NCBI GenBank assembly: GCA_010909165.1
Contig: MU008154.1
Span: 1,167,478 to 1,231,477, forward strand
Length of the DNA: 64,000 nucleotides
Reading direction: 5' to 3'
Source: Anthoceros angustus
Taxonomy: Eukaryota > Plantae > Anthocerotophyta
A program made the translations under genes and the position numbers. The notes under the pieces were generated by a model, which saw only the letters and a program-made list of their open reading frames with translations, was not told the DNA's origin and searched no databases. Positions 47,591 to 60,480 of this stretch are shown piece by piece. Numbering within the stretch: the first letter of the stretch is position 1; each line of letters begins with the position of its first letter.

Positions 47591-48541
47591 TTCTATTGCC
47601 ATTTATTAACCCCACTATTTTTTCACTTGCATCGTTTTTTTTTCCATATTCTATGACCTTGGTTCCCTTGAGCAAACTGTGTCGTTGTCGTCCCGCATAT
47701 GTGTACCAATTTTGCTAGAAAAAAAGACTTCCTGTAGCTACACAAAGACTGCGCTTAAGCAACAACAGACATATTAAAACCCAATAATTATCTGTAAATA
47801 ATGAGATATAAATGGTGATTAGAATAGAATCCCTAGTTTAAAATAAGAAGATAGTGGTTCAAACCTCTAACCACGTTCAGTTACACATGGGTTCCTTGCA
47901 CGACCTTCACATTCAAGATATGAATCTAAGAAAATCATACTCCTATTACTACTATTATGATTTGCTTAGCTTCGTGTGTGGAGGCAAGTTCCCAACATAG
48001 CTAGAAATATAAAATCTGTAGTGCGCCCAAGCTTGGGACATGTCTGTCATTTTTTTGTCACTCCGTTTTCAACTCCATTATGTAGATTCTAATTAGTGAT
48101 GCCACCATGAAGAAGCCAAAAAGAAAAAAAGGAAAATAATTCATGGTGTTTTTATATGAGAAAATGGTACTTAGTAGCATGATCTGATGCCACAAGCGAA
48201 GAGGCGAAGGGAATGGCCCCAAATCCAATTCGAAAGAAGCGACTGAAATTACAACTACAGGTTCCCACACCTCACTTTCCAAATGCACTAAAATCTAATT
48301 GATAATAAAACAAAACTATATTCAAAAAACAAAACTTCACATATAGTATGTTGAACCCGACAACTACGGAAGACTCTCGGTCTCCACTTTTCCTGGGACT
48401 AAAATCGGGACCGGCAAGGTTCGGGAACCACCGGATGTGAATCGGGATGCGGACCCCTTTAAAAGGAATCCCTCATCAAGATAGTAGGCTATTCTGACCA
48501 TCATATAGGGATCCAAGGTGGTGAGGTTACCCTATAGATCA

Positions 48542-49929
48542 CTAATGTTCATCCTCATCAATCTCGTAATGAGAGTCGTCATGGGGAACCTGATCCTTTC
48601 ACTATCTATAAAACTTAGAGACAAAAATGGTTTCGCTTGCTCCTTTGTCAATTCATGTACATAACTCGGAAAATTAGTGCTGTTAGCACCCGGTCCGGAA
48701 CACTTATACATGCCATAAAATATAGTACTGCAATAACACACATTTAAATAATTAGTAAAAAATAATTTAATATGAAAGAGTCTAAGTGAAAACGATGACT
48801 TACTCATCTCTACTTGAATCGTTCCAATCGCTCCATGTTTGGTCTTGGTTAACCAGTTTATGGATATGAGTATGTGCAAACACCACTCTTGAAGCAGCAC
48901 CCCAAGCCCTTCCCAAGGTGTTGGAACCTGCCCGTTCACTGAGGTTGCAATTTATAAAAGAGAATCCTGTGTTCTCGACACATCCTCTCTTTTCTGTGTG
49001 AAGGATCCACCATGATGGTGCAGTAGAATGAAGCTCACGATTACGAGCGGACATTGATAAAATATATATTAAAAAAATAATATGAAGCATACTTTTCACA
49101 TATTTTCTAGTATTTAAGTCAAAGATTACCTTGTATATGGATTGCCCATTGCAAATAAAATCGATGTTACCGATAATTTTGCTATTTGTGAAATAGTGTC
49201 TTCCCTCTTTATCATATAAAGTATCTTGGGATGATTCAAAGATACAAGAATCAAATTGAGCTTTGTCACCTCAATCAGCACATGCTACTTGCATTATCTT
49301 GCCTGTTTTGCCTTTTTTTTTGTAAAAAATAAAATATATTAATAGTTTTAATTAAAAATATCGTTATGTGGTATTCTAGGCGAGAAGATGAAACATACCT
49401 TAAAATGAATATGATGTGCCTCAAAAATCTGCTTGGATAGACTGCACTCTTGGAGGTGCTACATGTTTATCATTCCACACAATTGTAGTTTTTTTGCTCC
49501 AGCTCCTCTCAATGTGATTTTTGGCTTGTTGGATGGAATATTTATTTTTCTCTGCAAAAATATTTAATCAAATTTATAGTAAACAATATCATACCCAAAA
49601 ACTATATATAGCAAGAATTATAAATAACACCCTCACTTGTAAGTGCCATTTTGCAATGACAACTCTATCTTTGTTATCGTCGGCACATCATCAATTGCTT
49701 CTTGAATCTGCTATAGTCGCATGGATCCACGATCCCACCCATACTTACCGTCCCCTCCTACTTCACCCCCTACTAGTAGAGATGTCTTAAGTGGGCGTCG
49801 TGGATAAACATACTTTTGCACGGTAAGATTAGAGTCAAGTGCAAAACTATCAGTGCAAAAACATATTGTGAAAAATAATGTCGCTAATATAAATGATGTT
49901 GTACGTGATACCAAAGTAATTCGGCCCAT
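48542..49929 (-). pseudogene. Pectin methylesterase copy with many indels (near-identical to 51023-52472; pseudogene or mis-assembled duplicate)
   Basis: Same exons and introns as the 51023-52472 gene but with small deletions that break frame. A third partial 3' copy lies at about 50030-50876. Confidence 0.75.
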
Positions 49930-51022
49930 CTTGAAAATGGTCCTAAATGATGAGAGACGTTGAGAAGAATACTTGAACTCTCAAAGATTTAAAGAAAAAG
50001 TTGAGAAAAATACTTGAACTCTCAAAGAAGCGACTGAAATTACAACTACAGGTTCCCACACCTCACTTTCCAAATGCACTAAAATCTAATTGATAATAAA
50101 ACAAAACTATATTCAAAAAACAAAACTTCACATATAGTATGTTGAACCCGACAACTACGGAAGACTCTCGGTCTCCACTTTTCCTGGGACTAAAATCGGG
50201 ACCGGCAAGGTTCGGAACCACCGGATGTGAATCGGGATGCGGACCCCTTTAAAAGGAATCCCTCATCAAGATAGTAGGCTATTCGACCATCATATAGGGA
50301 TCCAAGGTGGTGAGGTTACCCTATAGATCACTAATGTTCATCCTCATCAATCTCGTAATGAGAGTCGTCATGGGGAACCGTGATCCATTTCACTATCTAT
50401 AAAACTTAGAGACAAAATGGTTTCGCTTGCTCCTTTGTCAATTCATGTACATAACTCGGAAAATTAGTCTGTTAGCACCGTCCTAACACTTATACATGCC
50501 ATAAAATATAGTAATCGCAATAACACACATTTAAATAATTAGTAAAAATAATTTAATATGAAAGAGTCTAAGTAAGCGATGACTTACTCATCTCTACTTG
50601 AATCGTTCCAATCGCTCCATGTTTGGTCTTGGTTAACGGTTTATGGATATAGTATGTGCAAACACCACTCTTGAAGCAGCAAGCCCTTCCCAAGGTGTTG
50701 GAACCCGTTCCTGTGAGGTTGCAATTTATAAAAGAGAATCCTGTGTTCTCAGACACATCCTCTCTTTTCTGTGCTGTGAAGGATCCACCATGATGGTCTG
50801 CAGTAGAATGAAGCTCACGATTACTGAGGACATTCAAGAAAAATATATTAAAAATAATATGAAGCATACTTTCACAGGACTAAAATCGGGACCGGCAAGG
50901 TTCGGGAACCACCGGATGTGAATCGGGATGCGGACCCCTTTAAAAGGAATCCCTCATCAAGATAGTAGGCTATTCTGACCATCATATAGGGGATCCAGTG
51001 AGTGAGGTTACCCTATAGATCA

Positions 51023-52472
51023 CTAATGTTCATCCTCATCAATCTCGTAATGAGAGTCGTCATGGGGAACTGTGATCCAGCTTTCACTATCTATAAAACT
51101 TAGAGACAAAAATGGTTTCGCTTGCTCCTTTGTCAATTCATGTACATAACTCGGAAAATTAGTGCTGTTAGCACCCGGTCCGGAACACTTATACATGCCA
51201 TAAAATATAGTACTGCAATAACACACATTTAAATAATTAGTAAAAAATAATTTAATATGAAAGAGTCTAAGTGAAAACGATGACTTACTCATCTCTACTT
51301 GAATCGTTCCAATCGCTCCATGTTTGGTCTTGGTTAACCAGTTTATGGATATGAGTATGTGCAAACACCACTCTTGAAGCAGCACCCCAAGCCCTTCCCA
51401 AGGTGTTGGAACCCGTTCCTGTGAGGTTGCAATTTATAAAAGAGAATCCTGTGTTCTCAGACACATCCTCTCTTTTCTGTGCTGTGAAGGATCCACCATG
51501 ATGGTCTGCAGTAGAATGAAGCTCACAGTTCTGTGGAGGCAGACATTCAGTAAAATATATATTAAAAAAATAATATGAAGCATACTTTTCACATATTTTC
51601 TAGTATTTAAGTCAAAGATTACCTTGTATATGGATTGCCCATTGCCGCAAATAAAATCGATGTTACCGATAATTTTGCTATTTGTGAAATAGTGTCTTCC
51701 CTCTTTATCATATAAAGTATCTTGGGATGATTCAAAGATACAAGAATCAAATTGAGCTTTGTCACCCTCAATCAGCACAGCCACTGCTTGTGCATTATCT
51801 TGCCCAGGTTTTGCCTTTTTTGCAGAATTCTGTAAAATAAAAATATATTAATAGTTTTTAATTAAAAAAATATCGTTATGTGGTATTCTAGACGAGAGAA
51901 GATGAAACATACCTTAAAATGAATATGATGTGCCTCAAAAAAATCTGCTTGGATAGAGACTGTTGCACTCTTGGAGGTGCTACCGGCTGTGTTTGCGTTA
52001 TCATTCCACACAATTGTAGTTTTTTTTGCTCCAGCTCCTCTCAATGTGATTTTTGGCTTGTTGGATGGAATATTTATTTTTTCTCTGCAAAAAATATTTA
52101 ATCAAATTTATAGTAAACAATATCATACCCAAAAACTATATATAGCAAGAATTATAAATAACACCCTCACTTGTAAGTGCCAGCTGCAATATTGATGACA
52201 ACTCTATCTTTGTTATCGTCTGGCACATCATCAATTGCTTCTTGAATACTGCTATAGTCTGCATCAGATCCTGATCCCACCCATACTTTACCGTCCCCTC
52301 CTACTTCACCCCCTACTAGTAGAGATGTCTTAAGTGGGCGTCGTGGATAAACATACTTTTGCACGGTAAGATTAGAGTCAAGTGCAAAACTATCAGTGCA
52401 AAAACATATTGTGAAAAATAATGTCGCTAATATAAATGATGTTGTACGTGATACCAAAGTAATTCGGCCCAT
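51023..52472 (-). CDS. Pectin methylesterase (CE8), group without PMEI pro-domain; 5 exons
   Basis: Signal peptide; SIQEAID, GTYK|[38 protein letters not shown]; exons splice in frame. Confidence 0.92.
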
Positions 52473-53099
52473 CTTGAAAATGGTCCTAAATGATGAGAGA
52501 CGTTGAGAAGAATACTTGAACTCTCAAAGACTGTTAAGAAAAAAGTTGAGAAAAATACTTGAACTCTCAAAGAAGCCAAGAAAACAAGACTTGGGAGGGG
52601 AATGCCAATCTGTGTACCGCACACTTTAATACAACAGTTTCAAGCAATACCAATCTTGAATAAAATTGTTCTACTTTGGTTTGATATTTTTTTTTGGCAG
52701 TAGCTTATTATATATTTTATTCGACCTCTCATTTTAACTAGATGCCTATTTTAATTCTTTATTCTAGCTTATGTTGTTTGCTGTGTTTGACATCTAGACG
52801 TTGTCCATATCCAACACAATTTTATTAGGGGTGGTTTGAACTAGACGAAGTTGCACAAGAGTGTTTCCGCCCTCCAATTAGTTTCTCAACTTAGGTTTAT
52901 AATTAATTTAGTCAGCTTCTAATTTTGGCTTGATATCTATATCGTCGTCATCGTTCGGAGTTTGGTCTACCGATTGTGGCCCGGCATCTATGATGTGGTT
53001 GCCATTGTCATATGCCTAGAAGGAATACTATTGGTGTCCACCCATTGTGGCCCGACATGTATGATGCCGTTGTCATTGTCATAAGCTTAGAAGGAATAC

Positions 53100-53345
53100 T
53101 ATTGGTGCAACTGGCTTACTCACAATAGTGCAAGTAGCCTAGACTCACTAGTATTAGTAGCCTAGACACATTGCCTAGAAGAAGGTACCACTGATTTTGA
53201 GTGGCCTAGACACAATAGTGCAAGTAGCTTAGACACAATAATGCTAGTAGCCTAGACACACTAATGAAAGTTGCCTAGGTAATGAGTCTCATGACGGAAT
53301 GCCCATGCCATCCCTCGTAGACCTCAGTAGAATTCTTTTTCCTTT
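53100..53345 (-). repeat. Dispersed repeat family, copy 4 (diverged, reverse orientation) with short internal tandem repeats
   Basis: The reverse complement contains AAGAATT..TTCCGTCATGAGACT..CAACT..GTGTGTCTAGGCTACT, matching the family core. Confidence 0.55.
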
Positions 53346-54548
53346 TTTTTCTTTCCCCTATTTGAACTAAGCTCTGGTAGATATTTTAGTGTACTATGGC
53401 TTACTTTAAACATTATTATTATAACATTGTTTTTGAGTTTTCTCAATATCTCATATTTATTTGATTCGTCCTCTTCTTGGATAGGCTTTCACAGGTTGAT
53501 TAAGGATATCGCCGTCTTCCATCCCAATACTCGGACTTGGTCTCGGGGGGCGCACTGGCCAGTTGACAACCATGTGGTCTGGTTGGAGCCTAGTTTGCAA
53601 TCCCACGTGCATTATAACTCTTTGCTCTCGCAATGGGTATAACTCTGCTCTCTCTAGTACCAGTTTTGAATTGAAGATTGAGAGTTTAAGTTTCTTCTTA
53701 AGGGGACTCTCAATCCATCGTGCATGACTATAGATTTTGTTTCTAGTTGTGATTTTTCTTACGTTTTTCCATTTAGTGGCTGTAGTCAATTAAGTCCACA
53801 TTGGCGAGTGGTCGGATAGATTGGTCCCTTAAATGATGGCAAAGTCATGTGACAAACTGCGGATCGATCGACCTCTCGGCAAAAGGAGCCAAGCGCCCAT
53901 TATTCCAACTATGACCAAACGTGAGGCGTGTTACTTGCCTTGAGCCAACGGCCGGGTCATCAATAGAGACTGGTTCACGTTACCAATTATACCCTCCCTA
54001 AAACCTCCTCGCCTGTCTTGCCGCCATGTGAAGAGAGAGAGAGAGAGACTCATTTGTTTGGGTTTAGGGTGGTTAGAGACCAAGGCCTTGAGAATTGTGC
54101 GACCACAATGAATTAGTCATACGCAAGCATAGAATTAAGGAATTGGTCATAAGCAGGGGCCGGTTTCCAGTTTCATCTAAACAACCGTTAGGCCATTAGC
54201 AACCTCTAATAGGTAGTCAGCTATGGATTACATGAAGTCCGAGGATTTTCGAGGCCGACATGTCCTGCTGGTAATTCGTAGAGCATGCGTGGCTTTTAGA
54301 CAGATGTACCTAACGTAGGATATTGTAGAAGTTAGCAAAGGGAATATGGGTGGAGTGACTGTACTGGTGAAATAAGGTTAAAAATAAAAATAAAATTGCC
54401 CTGTTGAGAAAATGAGTAATGAAGAACTTGAGGCAATCGCTAGCCAAGTTCTTACAGACGAAGAGACCACCACGACTCTGGTGCTCTTCTTTCTCCACCT
54501 CCTCCACCAATTTCGAATAGAAGGTATTGATCTTGTGAAGCCGGGACC

Positions 54549-54720
54549 TTACAACGTCAATCTGCACTCCGTAGAGACACACCGCAACGTCAGACACATC
54601 TTGGCGGGGACACTTTGGAGTACAAGCATCAGGATATCCTTCGGCAATCTGCTCCACAAAGCGGCGTCCTTTTCAGGTACCTCTACTGCCAGGCTACCTC
54701 CAACCAGATCTTGCACAAGA
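54549..54720 (-). pseudogene. F-box domain fragment (duplicated at about 56422-56590)
   Basis: DAALWSRLPKDILMLVLQSVPAKMCLTLRCVSTECR followed shortly by an in-frame stop. Confidence 0.65.
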
Positions 54721-54734
54721 AGAATATTCGATTG

Positions 54735-55000
54735 CCTCATTTTGGTGAACATGTGCTTAGTGCAGGAGCTCAGAGAGTGTTTGACAGGCTTGCTGAAACA
54801 GATGTGGTGACATCGACTATCATGATAGCAGTGCAGACATGTTGCATCATCGAGGGCCCGGCTTTGCAGAACCATAAATGGCTTCATGCACAATGTTTAG
54901 GGATAAGGAGTGACGTAATGCTGAGGTGTTTGTAGCCAGGAGTTTGGTGAACATGTATACTAAGTGTGGCAGCTTGGACGATGCCCAGAAAATGGCAGGT
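54735..55000 (+). pseudogene. PLS-class PPR fragment (duplicated at about 56610-56875)
   Basis: LVNM..AQRVFDRLAETDVVTSTIMI and SLVNMYTKCGSLDDAQK motifs, with frameshifts. Confidence 0.7.
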
Positions 55001-57279
55001 GTATGGAGACAGTATGGAATGCAGAAAGATCATGCAGGATGCAGCTCCTGTTTTGAGAACTGAAGGCGAGAGATACTCGTACATCTGCAGGACGTGGTTG
55101 CAGAGGCGTGTTTGGCTGGTACCAAGTTCTCACCCTCAACGCAGAACAAGGTCCTTCTCGACTACATCTCTCAACGCAGAGGAATAGGAGCGTCCTTTTA
55201 TTCTCAACACAGAGGAATAGGAGTGTTCTTCAATACTCTTTGACCATGCAAGGCGGCAGGGCGCGACCCTAGACGCACATCCCCGTCATGCCCTCGTTTT
55301 CTCATTTGCACATGAATCCGGTTTCCCGTCCTCGAAGCTGAGGTGCCCATACTTGCACACGCTTGGAGGTAACAGAGATGCCCTCGTCTTCCATCCCAAT
55401 ACTCGGACTTGGTCTCGGGCGCGGCAGTTGACAACCATGTGGTGGTTGGAGCCTAGTTTGCAATCCCACGTGCATTATAACTCTTTGCTCTGCAATGGGT
55501 ATAACTCTGCTCTCTCTAGTACCAGTTTTGAATTGAAGATTGAGAGTTTAAGTTTCTTCTTAAGGGGACTCTCAATCCATCGTGCATGACTATAGATTTT
55601 GTTTCTAGTTGTGATTTTTCTTACGTTTTTCCATTTAGTGGCTGTAGTCAATTAAGTCCACATTGGCGAGTGGTCGGATAGATTGGTCCCTTAAATGATG
55701 GCAAAGTCATGTGACAAACCTGCAGATACGATCAGCCTCTCGGCAAAAGGAGCCAACTGCCCATTATTCCAACTATGACCAAACGTGAGAGGCGTGTTAC
55801 TTGCTTGCCGCAGAGCCAACCAGGGCCGGGGTCATCAATAGAGACTGGTTCACGTTACCAATTATACCCTCCCTAAAACCTCCTCGCCTGTCTTGCCGCC
55901 ATGTGAAGAGAGAGAGAGAGAGACTCATTTGTTTGGGTTTAGGGTGGTTAGAGACCAAGGCCTTGAGAATTGTGCGACCACAATGAATTAGTCATACGCA
56001 AGCATAGAATTAAGGAATTGGTCATAGCGGGGCGGTTTCAGTTTCATCTAAACAACCGTTAGGCCATTAGCAACCTCTAATAGGTAGTCAGCTATGGATT
56101 ACATGAAGTCCGAGGATTTTCGAGGCCGACATGTCCTGCTGGTAATTCGTAGAGCATGCGTGGCTTTTAGACAGATGTACCTAACGTAGGATATTGTAGA
56201 AGTTAGCAAAGGGAATATGGGTGGAGTGACTGTACTGGTGAAATAAGGTTAAAAAATAAAAAATAAAATTGCCCTGTTGAGAAAATGAGTAATGAAGAAC
56301 TTGAGGCAATCGCTAGCCAAGTTCTTACAGACGAAGAGACCACCACGACTCTGGTGCTCTTCTTTCTCCACCTCCTCCACCAATTTCGAATAGAAGGTAT
56401 TGATCTTGTGAAGCCGGGACCTTACAACGTCAATCTGCACTCCGTAGAGACACACCGCAACGTCAGACACATCTTGGCGGGGACACTTTGGAGTACAAGC
56501 ATCAGGATATCCTTCGGCAATCTGCTCCACAAAGCGGCGTCCTTTTCAGGTACCTCTACTGCCAGGCTACCTCCAACCAGATCTTGCACAAGAAGAATAT
56601 TCGATTGCCTCATTTTGGTGAACATGTGTGCTTAGTGCGGGAGCTCAGAGAGTGTTTGACAGGCTTGCTGAAACAGATGTGGTGACATCGACTATCATGA
56701 TAGCAGTGCAGACATGTTGCATCATCGAGGGCCCGGCTTTGCAGAACCATAAATGGCTTCATGCACAATGTTTAGGGGATAAGGAGTGACGTAATGCTGA
56801 GGTGTTTGTAGCCAGGAGTTTGGTGAACATGTATACTAAGTGTGGCAGCTTGGACGATGCCCAGAAAAATGGCAGGTGTATGGAGACAGTATGGGAATGC
56901 AGAAAGATCATGCAGGGATGCAGCTCCTGTTTTGAGAACTGAAGGCGAGAGATACTCGTACATCTGCAGGACGTGGTTGCAGAGGCGTGTTTGGCTGGTA
57001 CCAAGTTCTCACCCTCAACGCAGAACAAGGTCCTTCTCGACTACATCTCTCCAACGCAGAGGAATAGGAGCGTCCTTTTATTCTCCAACACAGAGGAATA
57101 GGAGTGTTCTTCAATACTCTTTGACCATGCAAGGCGGCAGGGCGCGACCCTAGACGCACATCCCCGTCATGCCCTCGTTTTCTCATTTGCACATGAATCC
57201 GGTTTCCCGTCCTCGAAGCTGAGGTGCCCATACTTGCACACGCTTGGAGGAGGTAACAGAGATGCCCTCGTCTTCCCTC

Positions 57280-57790
57280 GCACTGGAATGGCGAAGGGCT
57301 TCCTGGCCCATGCTCTGCTTGGAATACAGGCTGGTAACATTTAATTCCACGTCAAAGCATCTCACTGACCAAGTTCAGCCAGCTTTCTTCCAGCGTCTTT
57401 CAAGCCGCAACATTTTCATACCTGTCCACCAAGGAATTCCAGACAAGTCAGGCTCAACTCCGTTGCCCAATACATCTGCATGCACTTGCTGCGCAATCTC
57501 CAAACCTGATTCCCTCCCACACGCCTGAAGGGCAGCTACAAACACATGCCATCTGCCTTCACACTTGACCAAAGCATCCGATAATACACCTGTATGGCCT
57601 GCTTGTCCAGCCCCCGTTTACCATGGGCAGAAGAAATGGAAGGCTAGATGGAGGCATCTCGTTCAGCCGAGCCTTCAAACACATCCATCGCGTCTTGCAA
57701 CCTGCCATCAGGGATCCAGCCACTTGTAATGCTGTCCTTTGTGGTCTTTGAAAGACCGACAACGCCCTCGTTTTTCATTTCTAGTTCATG
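57280..57790 (-). pseudogene. PPR pseudogene fragment
   Basis: GRLQDAMDVFE..RD, AHGKRGLDKQAIQVYYRM, FVAALQACG..LEIAQQVHADVLGNGVEPDL; stops and frameshifts. Confidence 0.65.
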
Positions 57791-58089
57791 AATCCTTTAG
57801 TGAAAACGTAGACCAAGAAACCACAGCGAGCACAACGCACCCATACGAGCAGTACCAAAGACGCAAGTGTTGCGTCTCAAATTTGCATTTATCATTAAGA
57901 TGAATTATATAATACAAACATTACATTATATGGTATTTATATCTTAATTATGAATTAAAAGTAAAAATAATATATAATTATGCAGTAATAAGTACAACAG
58001 ATACACTTTACCCCTGTAATACCCACAATTATATTGGAATCCTAGTATTGAATACTACTCGAGTATTAGGAATGTATGATCCTACGAAG

Positions 58090-60480
58090 GATGTGGAAGT
58101 GTACATCGATGCCTCAGATGTGGCCATGTGGAGTGTTCATGCAAGAGCATAAGCCAACAGCCTTTGAGTCAAGGGAATTGCATCTTATGAGTTGAAGTAT
58201 CCCACCAATGAGAACGAAATGACTGCTCTCATTCATTGTCTGAAGATGGCGAGATTTCCTAGCTCTATATGATGTGACTCTCAAGTATAAACTTGGAAAA
58301 GAGAATAAAGTTGTAAATGCACTGAGTCGCAAAAAGAGTCAGGAGGTAAAGGCAATGGCAATGTTGGTTGAACCTATGGACACTCACAAACATATCAAGG
58401 AAGCAAATCTGTAGGATCCAGATGTTTAGGACTGGATTAATGGAATAGAACAGAGAGGAAGCAAAGTCAAGCTGAGGGATGGTTTGTTAATATACAAATA
58501 GAAGAAGATTGTGATCCCAAATTCTATAGAGTTGAAAAGCAAATTGCTTGTTGAATGTCATGATGTGTGCACGGCCACCATGGAATTGACCCCACTTATG
58601 AGAAGCTAAGGAAGTTGTTTTACTCACGGAATGTCACATGTCGATACATGCAGATTGTGAGTGGACAAGTAGGACAAGCTAGCTTGATGATAAATGCTAG
58701 CTATGTGATCAATAGCTAGACGAATCGCAGCTAGCGTAGGAAGACGCAAGAATGAGCAAGCTTAGGGCGCGCATTAGGAAGTTGGTTGAGGCAAATAGGC
58801 CAGCCGTGTTGGAGACTGACGCCGATTGGGCTAACCCAAATGACACTAACCTAGCTAGCTCGTGAACTGCACTCGTAACCCCAGCAAGGAGAAAAGGACA
58901 TGTACACGGTCAGAGCGGAGGCTACTCCCTCCTCCCAAGAATCAAGACTCTCTTGCATCATCGCCTTCTTGGTCTCCGCCTCGAGGAATGCCTATTACGA
59001 AATGCTCTCATTCATTGTCCGAAGATGGCGAGATTTCCTAGCTCTATATGATGTGACTCTCAAGTATAAACTTGGAAAAGAGAATAAAGTTGTAAATGCA
59101 CTGAGTCGCAAAAAGAGTCAGGAGGTAAAGGCAATGGCAATGTTGGTTGAACCTATGGACACTCACAAACATATCAAGGAAGCAAATCTGTAGGATCCAG
59201 ATGTTTAGGACTGGATTAATGGAATAGAACAGAGAGGAAGCAAAGTCAAGCTGAGGGATGGTTTGTTAATATACAAATAGAAGAAGATTGTGATCCCAAA
59301 TTCTATAGAGTTGAAAAGCAAATTGCTTGTTGAATGTCATGATGTGCCAAGTACCGGTCACCATGGAATTGACCCCACTTATGAGAAGCTAAGGAAGTTG
59401 TTTTACTCGCCGGGAATGTCACAGTCAGATACATGCAGATTGTGAGTGGACAAGTAGGACAAGCTAGCTTGATGATAAATGCTAGCTATGTGATCAATAG
59501 CTAGACGAACTGCAGGCTAGCGTAGGAAGACGCAGCAATGAGCAAGCTAGGGCGCGCATTAGGAAGTTGGTTGAGGCAAATAGGCCAGCCAGGGTTAGAC
59601 GGACGTCAGATTGGGCTAACCCAAATGACACTAACCTAGCTAGCTCGTAACCAGACTCAGAACCCCAGTGCAAGGAGAAAAGGACATGTGCACGGTCAGG
59701 AGCGGAGGCTACTTCAGCCTCCTCCCAAGAATCAAGACTCTCTCTTGCATTCTATCATGCGGCGCCCTTCGTGTCTTGGTCTCCTGTCTCCGAGGAATGC
59801 CTATTACAGGAAATGCATCGGGATACAGTGGATTATGTAAAGGCATGTGCTGTTTGTCATTAGGATAAGGTGGAGCAAGCTAAACCAAGAGGTTTGCTAT
59901 AGCCCCTACCTATTTCCAATGGACCATGGAAGAGTATTTCTGTGGATGTCATCATGCCTTTGCCACCCAATAATGGTTGTACAGCTATCATGACAGTGAT
60001 GCATAGATTCACAAAACAAGCACATTTCATCCCTACAAAGAAGCGAGTGACAGCTTCTGAGGTAGGCAGTTTGTTTTAAAAGTTTATATACTAGTACAAC
60101 GGCTTGTCCATGTAGATTGTGAGTGATAGGGATCCAAGGTTCACAGGAGAATTTTGGCAGCATTTGATGAGAAGTTTGAATGTGAAATAATGTATGAGCA
60201 CAGCTTACGATCTAGATACTGATGCCTCAACTGAGCGACTCAACCGAATCCAAGAAGAATACTTAAGACATTATGTGTAGATTGATCAGAGGGGTTGGGC
60301 TGATTACCTAGACAATGCATTATTTTATTATAACAACACTGCTCACAGCTCTTTCGGATGTAGTCCTTTTGATATGGGAGGAAATTCAGCAATGGACATG
60401 GTATCCATGCTAAATGCTGAAGTTTTCGACTCTACCACTAGAGATCCACGTCAATTCATTGAGCAGTTGAAGGCTCTTTG
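58090..60480 (+). mobile_element. Decayed Ty3/gypsy pol (RNase H, integrase zinc finger, integrase core)
   Basis: YIDASDVA..AFESR; YKLGKENKVVNALSR; ECHDVPSTGHHGI; C..C; PWKSISVD; IVSDRDPRFT; TERLNR. Many stops; about 58225-59000 is duplicated immediately downstream. Confidence 0.88.
59417..59808. mobile_element. Solo LTR nested in the gypsy integrase zinc-finger region
   Basis: TG...CA ends, flanked by GGGAA/GGAAA (5-bp TSD with one mismatch). Removing it restores FYSP-EMHRDTVDYVKACAVC. A noisier copy lies at about 58632-58998. Confidence 0.75.

Larger units (their letters stand above)
53514..57276. repeat. ~1.87-kb tandem duplication of a segment holding F-box and PPR fragments
   Basis: GTCTTCCATCCCAATACTCGGAC starts at 53514 and 55386; duplicated ORFs at 54412 and 56285; copies differ mainly by 1-4 nt indels. 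Confidence 0.9.
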
